Origin: Lingula anatina
Lineage: Eukaryota > Animalia > Brachiopoda
DNA: 64,000 nt
NCBI GenBank assembly: GCA_051362555.1
Contig: CM120647.1
Location: 17,150,651 to 17,214,650, forward strand
Direction: 5' to 3'
Under the pieces are notes generated by a model. The model did no database searches. It saw only the letters and a list, made by a program, of their open reading frames with translations, and was not told the DNA's origin. The position numbers and the translations under genes were made by a program. This document shows positions 55,501-62,477 of this stretch, one piece after another; the stretch's first letter is position 1; each line of letters begins with the position of its first letter.

Positions 55501-58101
55501 GGGTATGACCTCCAGCAGCCGCTTGCAGCGCCCTCATCCTACATGCCATACCCTGTGACATGTTTTTTAGAGTTTGGATGTGGATATCATTCCACGCAGT
55601 GATATTTGCCTGTCGCATTTCATCACTATTTACCGGCCGATGACCATAGCTATTAATTCTCTGAGTTACTTCCGCCCACAGATTTTCAATTGGGTTCATT
55701 ACTGGGGAGTTTGCAGGCCAGGGCAGTTGCTGAACCTACTGGTTTTGAAGAAAAACAGTGATTCTGCGAGCTCGATGTGGGGTTGCACAGTCGTCTTGGT
55801 ACACAAAGCTGTTCCTAAAGATGACTCTTACAAATCGAAGCATTGTTTGCTGTAGAATGTCTCTGTAGGAACCCTGGTTGAGGTTGCCTCCCAGAAAAAC
55901 CAACTGGTTCTGGACACCGGCATGGAATGCTCCCCAAACAGAGACGTTATCACCCCCTGCTTGCACCCTAAGTAGTACACAATCATTGTTTTATGCCTCT
56001 TGTACACATCGGCGGACACGGATTCGACAGTCAACCCCCAAAATTCCATATCTGACCTCGTCACTGAAAACGACGTGATTCCAGTGTTTTGGCTGCAAAA
56101 GCACGTGGTCCCCAGCCCATTGCAGACGTCGCTGTATATGACCTGCTGTTAACAGTGGTTTACGTACTGGTCTTCGTGCAAAATAACCAGTTTGCTGTAA
56201 TCTTTTGTTCACAAGGGACCTTGAAACGGGCGTTTGAAAGGCATTCTGCCACTCTTTTTTGAGGACACTGGTTGTCTTTGTACGACCAGCACGGCGCACT
56301 CTAAGGAGAAGGCGATCCTGTCTTCTTGGTGTGGTACGCGGACACCCTGGTGGAAGTATTGGAGTAGGTGCCCCTGTTGTAGCATTTGTTTGGAGGACTT
56401 TATTAACGGTTCCTGAAAAATGTTGAATTGTCTGGCAATGGCTATCCGTTTCTAGCCATTTTCTCTGAGAGCAAGAATCCCATAGTAAGCTGCGTTGCTT
56501 AGCTATCGAACCATATCTTCTCTAAGGTAACTGACAAGTTTCAGAGCGATCCCTTTGTTGCTTCTCTAAATACACTCCAAAGATTGACCAAACCCATGCG
56601 CTTTTATACAAGGGCAGAAATTGCCGAAAAGACCACCCCTCACATTTCTGACCACAGAACATGCAACTGCTTACATTAATTGTTTCGAAAGTTGCATGGT
56701 AATTAGGTAACACACCTGGCTACACATAGAGTGACACCTCAGTTTTGGATTTAAAATAGTTGGAGAGAAATTAAATATTTTGTAGAACATTTTCTCGACA
56801 AAAAATAATATTCCATATTAAGTGGTAACCCTGTAATTTTCGTAGTCAGAGTTAGGGTACTCAGAGTGATATGTGTGAGTATGTTGCGACAAAAACCTCG
56901 CTGTGGTCGTAATTGGGGTATTCCTCACTGGCAAACACACTCCGTCTCATGAGAAACGATTTATTTTTTACCACCTTTTCACGAGAATAAACGGGTGACC
57001 TATTTCTTTAAACCGATCTTTTTTTTTATTTAGTTAATATATTCTATTAACAAAAAGAGCCGATAAACAACATAGGTAAATCGAGCATTTACTACTGAAA
57101 TATACAGGCATTTATATATGAGAAGAAACTACACATCACATGAAGAATCACTTAAAGACACAATAATGTTGCGTTAGACTATTTGCAAGGTAGAAAAACC
57201 TTTTGACCAGTGGAGCTTTTATAAATTTCAAGTCACGTACATTAGATCTTTACTCTTCAAATTTGTGAACATTTTAAAAATAGACAATATGAAAAAAATA
57301 ATGATTAACTGACACGAAAAACAGAACTGAAGCAATGTAGCATTTATAAATTCGACTAAAACCTTGCTGCAGAGATCGTAGAAAAACCTTTTGACCAGTG
57401 GAGATTTTATAAATTTCAAGTCACGTACATTAGATCTTTACTCTTCAAATTTGTGAACATTTTAAAAATAGACAATATGAAAAAAATAATGATTAACTGA
57501 CACGAAAAACAGAACTGAAGCAATGTAGCATTTATAAATTCGACTAAAACCTTGCTGCAGAGATCAAGGGAATGTATTTTTAGGCATTTTATTTTTTAAT
57601 CTCTTAACGTAAATTCAATAACGTGGGCTGTATTACAACTTTCAGAACCTAAGGACATAGTATATGCGTATGCACCGGAAGCAAACGCCGTCCACAATTA
57701 CGTACCGGAAGTGAACTTGACTGGGATGACTTCTATAACTTTCGAAGCAAAAGGGTGCAACGATTTGAATATATACTTAGCGGAAAACGTTCAAGATGCG
57801 CAAGGTGGAACAACCGGCTACCAAATAATTTTGGGTGGCTGGAGTAACACCAGATCGGTCATTCGACGTTCGGTTGGGGGCGCGATCGTTGCTGAAAACG
57901 CCACAAACTTTGCAAATTGCACCTCTTATGTACCACTATGGATAAGCTGGGAGAACGGCATGGTGAGAATTGGCGAGGGTCTGGAAGTAGGAACGGGACT
58001 TTTACTGGAGTACAGCGACTCTGCCCCCTACAACGTGGCGACATTGACGGTCATGACCTGGTCAGGGAGCACAGGGGTCTTCTACAAGTTCCATTACACA
58101 G
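30303..58101 (+). CDS. Multi-exon gene (at least 40 exons, about 2730 aa, 5' and 3' ends not identified): mosaic C-type lectin/mucin/EGF/CUB/Sushi/WSC/discoidin/FAMeT-like extracellular protein
   Basis: All 40 exons below have AG/GT boundaries and mutually compatible intron phases. They splice into one stop-free frame with recognisable Cys/Trp domain patterns. Confidence 0.9.
30495..30771 (+). CDS. Exon: C-type lectin domain 1, N-half
   Basis: ttctcttccag|..AA|gtaagt; [28 protein letters not shown]. Confidence 0.85.
31747..31994 (+). CDS. Exon: C-type lectin domain 1, C-half
   Basis: ttttcag|..CAG|gtatt; YIVSLKD..WQWQ..YMPW..DCVAL..ACD..ILC. Confidence 0.85.
32831..33169 (+). CDS. Exon: Thr/Pro-rich mucin-like stalk
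   Basis: About 7 copies of a 12-aa [11 protein letters not shown]-like unit (36-bp repeat); phase 1-1. Confidence 0.85.
33241..33408. mobile_element. MITE family C in an intron, 5-bp TSD TAATA
   Basis: Perfect 15-bp TIR caggcccgtagccag / ctggctacgggcctg. Confidence 0.8.
33895..34204 (+). CDS. Exon: Ca-binding-type EGF domain plus CUB1 N-half
   Basis: [34 protein letters not shown]; [30 protein letters not shown]. Confidence 0.95.
34729..34892 (+). CDS. Exon: CUB1 C-half (not in the ORF track)
   Basis: ttctag|A AAT GGT..; [45 protein letters not shown]; G|gtatgc. Confidence 0.92.
35321..35505 (+). CDS. Exon: CUB2 N-half
   Basis: [33 protein letters not shown]|gtaag. Confidence 0.93.
35517..35598. 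repeat. (CT)n microsatellite just after the CUB2 donor
   Basis: Directly visible. Confidence 0.9.
35753..35909 (+). CDS. Exon: CUB2 C-half
   Basis: [36 protein letters not shown]. Confidence 0.93.
36487..36660. repeat. Degenerate 21-bp tandem repeat (gggtcacgtacgctggtttga-like, about 8 copies), intronic
   Basis: Visible 21-bp periodicity; gives the TLNQAYV-repeat ORF on the minus strand. Confidence 0.8.
37145..37300 (+). CDS. Exon: Sushi/CCP domain 1
   Basis: [34 protein letters not shown]; phase 1-1. Confidence 0.92.
37817..38020 (+). CDS. Exon: Sushi/CCP domain 2
   Basis: [24 protein letters not shown]; A|gtaagt. Confidence 0.9.
38526..38750 (+). CDS. Exon: Sushi/CCP domain 3
   Basis: [28 protein letters not shown]; A|gtgagt. 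Confidence 0.9.
39075..39218 (+). CDS. Exon: WSC1 N-half
   Basis: [25 protein letters not shown]; G|gtaagt. Confidence 0.88.
39595..39789 (+). CDS. Exon: WSC1 C-half (not in the ORF track)
   Basis: [37 protein letters not shown]; A|gtaagt. Confidence 0.88.
40184..40375 (+). CDS. Exon: WSC2 N-half (divergent)
   Basis: [17 protein letters not shown]; phase 1-1. Confidence 0.82.
40804..40893 (+). CDS. Exon: WSC2 C-half
   Basis: [20 protein letters not shown]; phase 1-1. Confidence 0.8.
   Translation, partial: EAWWGLPGGAQATHRGTPVGTQTVSTPTS
41336..41446 (+). CDS. Exon: fibrinogen-N-like mini-module 1
   Basis: [31 protein letters not shown]; G|gtgagt. Confidence 0.78.
41686..41859 (+). CDS. 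Exon: C-type lectin 2 N-half
   Basis: [34 protein letters not shown]. Confidence 0.93.
42135..42365 (+). CDS. Exon: C-type lectin 2 C-half (not in the ORF track)
   Basis: YIGLYD..YTWMDGS..GRPN..QCV..WGDMPC..SICEK. Confidence 0.93.
42662..42814 (+). CDS. Exon: WSC3 N-half
   Basis: [27 protein letters not shown]. Confidence 0.92.
43088..43216 (+). CDS. Exon: WSC3 C-half
   Basis: [23 protein letters not shown]. Confidence 0.9.
43217..43551. repeat. About 160-bp intronic direct duplication beginning at the splice donor
   Basis: gtacgt(a/t)gtaaagtatcgctaacacaaatg.. at 43217 and 43391, separated by poly-T. Confidence 0.9.
43630..43755 (+). CDS. Exon: fibrinogen-N-like mini-module 2
   Basis: [29 protein letters not shown]; G|gtgagt. 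Confidence 0.85.
43987..44153 (+). CDS. Exon: C-type lectin 3 N-half
   Basis: [29 protein letters not shown]. Confidence 0.93.
44906..45146 (+). CDS. Exon: C-type lectin 3 C-half (frame differs from the ORF-track call)
   Basis: [32 protein letters not shown]; G|gtgagt. Confidence 0.9.
45374..45631 (+). CDS. Exon: WSC4
   Basis: [42 protein letters not shown]. Confidence 0.93.
45922..46041 (+). CDS. Exon: fibrinogen-N-like mini-module 3
   Basis: [26 protein letters not shown]; G|gtgagt. Confidence 0.85.
46320..46493 (+). CDS. Exon: C-type lectin 4 N-half (not in the ORF track)
   Basis: [33 protein letters not shown]. Confidence 0.92.
46805..47053 (+). CDS. Exon: C-type lectin 4 C-half
   Basis: WFIGLYD..TWVDG..QCV..WTYTSC..FICKK. 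Confidence 0.92.
47417..47689 (+). CDS. Exon: WSC5
   Basis: [33 protein letters not shown]. Confidence 0.93.
48007..48169 (+). CDS. Exon: C-type lectin 5 N-half (not in the ORF track)
   Basis: [33 protein letters not shown]. Confidence 0.92.
48533..48738 (+). CDS. Exon: C-type lectin 5 C-half
   Basis: SWLGV..EDG..WTNW..LCV..WMETTC..VVCE. Confidence 0.92.
49250..49357 (+). CDS. Exon: fibrinogen-N-like mini-module 4
   Basis: cttccctag|; [29 protein letters not shown]; G|gtac. Confidence 0.78.
49811..50015 (+). CDS. Exon: C-type lectin 6 N-half
   Basis: [21 protein letters not shown]. Confidence 0.9.
50320..50507 (+). CDS. Exon: C-type lectin 6 C-half
   Basis: WLIGIYD..DGS..TNW..QCV..WSEHDC..SICE. 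Confidence 0.9.
51028..51300 (+). CDS. Exon: WSC6
   Basis: [36 protein letters not shown]. Confidence 0.92.
51553..51678 (+). CDS. Exon: fibrinogen-N-like mini-module 5
   Basis: [29 protein letters not shown]. Confidence 0.88.
51962..52073 (+). CDS. Exon: discoidin (F5/8 type C)-like, part 1
   Basis: [19 protein letters not shown] resembles I.D..I.ASS...ARL; phase 1-2. Confidence 0.75.
52650..52768 (+). CDS. Exon: discoidin (F5/8 type C)-like, part 2
   Basis: [27 protein letters not shown] resembles AW..QVDL..ITGV.TQG; phase 2-1. Confidence 0.8.
52781..53035. repeat. (ATT)n and degenerate (AGT)n low-complexity intron tract
   Basis: Directly visible; explains the poly-S and poly-L ORFs. 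Confidence 0.85.
53313..53771 (+). CDS. Exon: FAMeT-like (Methyltransf_FA-type) domain 1
   Basis: [38 protein letters not shown]. Confidence 0.88.
54339..54794 (+). CDS. Exon: FAMeT-like domain 2
   Basis: [40 protein letters not shown]. Confidence 0.9.
55174..56833 (-). mobile_element. Tc1-family (DD34E) transposon, full length, decayed
   Basis: TA TSDs; 27-bp TIR cagggtt(gct/acc)acttaatatggaatatt; 1660 bp. Confidence 0.95.
55493..56514 (-). pseudogene. Tc1 transposase pseudogene
   Basis: [22 protein letters not shown]; VWGAF; [23 protein letters not shown] (34 residues between D and E); several stops and frameshifts. Confidence 0.93.
57190..57565. repeat. 188-bp near-perfect tandem duplication
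   Basis: gtagaaaaaccttttgaccagtggag.. at 57190 and 57378. Confidence 0.95.
57646..58101 (+). CDS. Exon: FAMeT-like domain 3 (recent duplicate of 54339-54794)
   Basis: Same 456-nt length, same acceptor context (ctgtattacaactttcag) and donor (ACAG|gtaaaat); about 91% identical. Confidence 0.88.
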
Positions 58102-59314
58102 GTAAAATATAAAAATAAAATTCGTAAGTTAAAAAAATATAGCATTATTAAAATAATTATAACATCATTAAAATAAGTTAATGATGGTCCAAAGGGTCAT
58201 GTCTCAGGTACTGTGAACCAGAAGTCAGCTAAGACATGACGCCACTTCCTGCTGTACAGAAAATGTGCACAAAATATTACCCTTATCAGGCCTACCCAAC
58301 TACCAGACTCGGCACCTACGGATCCAGAATAAACCGGTATATCAGACCACACTACCCGTTTTCAAGGTGTGTGTCAGATCGCATTACAGAGTATCATACC
58401 CCATCACAAATTTTGTAAGCCTACCTGTCATCCGGGTATCGCGCCTCGTTTTCGTCAAGTAGGAGTCGTATGAATATAACAACATGGCGACAGACGACTC
58501 CCTCAATCAGGGGGTGGAAACGCTCTACTTATATGATTAAGACGAGCCTAGCCGTCAGTACCGGTTATTGTTTTGTGACCTTGAGGAGCAATTAGGTTTG
58601 GTCGTTGCGGCACGCATGACCAGTAGTTGAACTACCTGGGTGTTTTGTTTTTGACAACTGTTCACTCGCCATCGAGGCGCTTGTTCAAGACTACAGGCTG
58701 ATATCTACTAGTACTACCAGTGGCTTCATTAGTAACGTTCCCACAATACTTAGTTTTCTGTCTGTGCGGACATACCCTGAAAAAGGCCAGCCTCGCTGAC
58801 GAGAACAATGGACGTTTCTCACCCCTCTCTAGGATTACCCCTGCCCTCAATCTCGTCCATCCCGGTAGTCATGAAATATTTAACCCCCGACAGAATATGC
58901 TTCCGCTATCAAAATTAGGTCTACTTTTCTAAATTAATATATAAGTTTGCAAGTTCTTATTTACAAAACATCATTGGCTATGTCCGAACCCTAAATTTTA
59001 TGTTAAAAATTGCGGTATTGTCAGATTTTAGCATAAACAGGGAAAATTGCAGCAGCTCATGAATCTACACTATAGCTAATAAGTCCCCGGTCACTTTAAT
59101 AGCACACGCTGTCTACATCAGACGCGCTAATGCGCACGTCCCCGACAGTGTTAATGATAGGGGGATTACGATGGACAGCGCATGTTGCTCACAGCAGTAG
59201 GCACTGCCGCCAAAGTTAAACCGGTAATTAAGTCTTTAACTTGACTAAACATGTTTTGCTTTGTAACTTGCGTCCTTCAGTCTTGCTGTTGCGGAAGCGC
59301 CGGCGGGACATATC

Positions 59315-60184
59315 TATGGGCGGCCAAAAGGGCAAAAAATCATGTCGTCGATTCAGTTATGTTTCGTCGATTCACTGCCTTCCCATCGATTCAGTTTCAA
59401 GTTTAAACGATCCTGTCATAAATTCAACATCTACTTTCGTCAATTCAACTGTCAAACATTTCTCATCTACGGTGTATTAAAACCAATGCTATCACTATTT
59501 TCGTCGATCGTGTAACTATTCTCGTCGATCGTCTAATCTCGTCGATCGTCCAACTAATCTCGTCGATCGTGTAACTATTCTCATCGATCGTCTATTCTCG
59601 TCGATCGTCTCATCGATCGATCGCCAGAGGGCGCTGCGGTAGCACATTGGCCTATCACATGACTATCAAAATGGCAGACAACAAAATGATTGCTAGTGAA
59701 ATAAGAATATTTTCTCAACAATTTCAATTTTAGTTGTTAATAATTAAAAGATATTCGGTTGTAGGGACATTATTTTCTAGTTGTGCTTAACTCTGACCAT
59801 GGCTGGCCGAGTTAAAAATTACCGCGTGATTGACAGACAGAAGCACGTGTTGCTACCGCAGCGCCCTCTGGCGATCGATCGATGAGACGATCGATGAGAA
59901 TAGTTACACGATCGACGAGATTAGACGATCGACGAGAATAGTTACACGATCGACGAAAACAGTTTGACGATCGACGAGATTAGTTACACGATCGACGAAA
60001 ATAGTGACAGCATTGGTTTTAATACACCATAGATGAGAAATGTTTGACAATTGAATTGACGAAAGTAGATGTTGAATTTATGACAGGATCGTTTAAACTT
60101 GAAACTGAATCGATGGGAAGGCAGTGAATCGACGAAACATAACTGAATCGACGACATGAATATTTGCCCTTTTGGCCGCCCATA
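59315..60184. mobile_element. Fold-back MITE with about 330-bp TIRs, TAT..ATA termini and 6-bp TSD CATATC (IS3EU-like)
   Basis: catatc|TATGGGCGGCCAAAAGGGC..GCCCTTTTGGCCGCCCATA|catatc; internal TCGTCGATCG repeats; mirrored ORFs 59241+ and 60255-. Confidence 0.85.
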
Positions 60185-60640
60185 CATATCTCCACCTTGC
60201 CGATATCTATCCCGACTCTCGACTTTAAAAGTATAATTGGTTTTGATTTTATCAAAGTCTTATTATATCAGAAAACCTGCATATTTTCATACGTTAAGAG
60301 AATTATAGAAACTGTAGAAAAAGCTACTCGTACATCAGGGATAAAAAAACAACACCTTGCAGCACTATTACCTATTATTCATCACCAGAAGTTACTGTTT
60401 CACTTTTTTCTCACAAATTACAAAGTCTGATGACAACTGAAAGCCTTTAGCCATACCTCAGGGCAGTGGGAGATAGTCTGGATTTGATTAAATGTAATAA
60501 AAGTATATTTTGAAGAATTTTCCTAGCCTTCGGCAATTTCCGCAAAGCTTCGGCATGCGCGGCAATACAGAGCTGTCGATATCTGTATGCGTGAACAATA
60601 GTATTGGTGGAACAACGGTTAACGTCGTTGAGTTGTCTGC

Positions 60641-60995
60641 TGTTACGCCTTCGCGGCCGAGTGCCTTATGAAGGTACAAATAACAATGTACTTACTGGTG
60701 TCTCAGAGTTAAACACAAAGCCAAAAAGCCAAAGAGATAAGCCTCAAGAGAAGAGCAAAAGACAGCCGCTAAGAGCAAAGAGGCCAAAGAGGCCGATTTA
60801 TTTCACGTTACACCTTATATACAAGTTCAGATAGTACACGTTTACCAATCAGAACCAACTATACAATGAACAGTTTTACCTTTAGGTTACCAATCACGGG
60901 AGAGATTCAAACTTGCACACCGGACAACACTTTACTTACAGAGACATCTACCGGTAGCAATGTAAAACAATCTCAACTAACACAACATCGTCACA
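60641..60995 (-). repeat. 3' LTR (about 355 bp; left boundary tentative)
   Basis: Minus strand starts TGTGACG after PPT AAAAGGGGGGAGAG and ends CGTAACA; TATATAA near 60820 and AATAAA at 60797-60802. Confidence 0.65.
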
Positions 60996-61383
60996 CTCTC
61001 CCCCCTTTTGACGAACAAAACTCCCCCCTATTATTACAATATAAACCATTACTTTAAATTGTTAAACTAACAATTACTACAATTCAACAAATATAACAAC
61101 TGAAATCTTACTTTACATTTAAAATAAGCAAATAATGCAATTAAGTTCATTCTTGTTATACCAAGATTCAACATTTAACTTTACCACAAGCAAAGTCAAT
61201 CAAGTCCATCTCTCAGCATAAATGTTCATCCTTAGGAATGCAAAACAAAGTTTTAAATCCATTATCACTTTAAATCAACTTTAAAAGCAAACAAAGTGAT
61301 TTTAACTCAAAGTTGCTCAAAACAACATTATTAATGATAACAATGTCAATGTGAAATGTCAAAATCATTATATAGTTCATTTT

Positions 61384-62094
61384 TCATCCATGTAGCAAAG
61401 TAAATTTCATCCGCCGATACCAATGACTACTGAGTTCACGATCCTCTGATGAAAGTTTCTGTAACAGATGATACAAAGTTCTCCAGTGAAACAAAGTCAA
61501 CAAATAATTCAGAATCTCAGTCTTAGGCTCCATACCATTTCCATGAATATATATTTTCACAAAATTAATGTCCTCATTGGAACAGTTATCTGGCAACATT
61601 ATTAGTCCTTCATTTTGCACATAGTCCATCAGTTCCCATATATTTCTCATATTTAATGTCAATATGAGGAAATGTAAAAATCCATTCACCAATTGGATCC
61701 ACAGTTTTTCCTCGAATTCACCAGTTCCACATGAATGCACATCACCATGACATTTACGTTAAAGCGAATTGTCCTTCTCCATCGATCTGCAATACCAGCA
61801 CACCAATCCTGGAGTCATATACCATGGCAAATGAACAGATTTCACATGACGTCCAAGATGTCTACTTAGGTCAGCACTGGACACCAGACACAAACCACAC
61901 TGGACTTCTCTCCTCCGTTTCTCCCCTCTGCACTTTGAGTGGGTAACTTCCTCCCCCTCTTCACCAATTAGGACAGTAGGATCTTCCACCAAATCAGTGT
62001 CATCATAATCCGGGACAAAACAGGCTTCATCTAGTATGTCTAAATCCGTATCTGAAATAAACTTATACAATGGTTTATTTTCTTGAATGAACAT
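61384..62094 (-). pseudogene. Accessory Cys/His-rich ORF inside the LTR element (one in-frame stop)
   Basis: ORFs 61759-62094 and 61384-61740 share a frame; CGLC..RHV..HLPWY..CWYC..HWR. Confidence 0.6.
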
Positions 62095-62477
62095 ACATGA
62101 TAATGAGCTTTTCTTTCAAATGAATATTAAAGTAATATTACATTAATAGCATAGTATTACATTAACAACATAGTATTACAGCATGAACATAATATTACAT
62201 TAATTACTAACATAGTATTACAGCATTGCCGCATTAACTATGTACAAATATTTACATAAACAAAGGTCATTCAAATAAAGAAAAACAAAACTTCAATTCC
62301 AAATCAAACCAATTCAAAAACCAAATCTTCTGGTACAATTAAACACAAATGTCTATATTCTTTCTTTTCCCATTTGTAATATAACTCAGTTATATATATA
62401 TATCAGTTGTTCTTTGTAATTCCACAATTTTTTCACAGCCATACTACACATTACAACTGACTCTTTCGGTTCATTTT

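Noticed and set aside
53313-58101. A separate juvenile-hormone-pathway FAMeT enzyme gene
   Set aside because: These are internal phase 1-1 exons with no start or stop codon of their own, in frame with the upstream lectin exons.
59241-60255. Pair of near-identical ORFs on opposite strands
   Set aside because: A by-product of the MITE's long inverted repeats; no domain signal.
60493-60640. Alternative LTR end at TGTAAT (60493)
   Set aside because: TGTTACG at 60641 forms a better terminal inverted repeat with CGTCACA; it cannot be settled without the 5' LTR.
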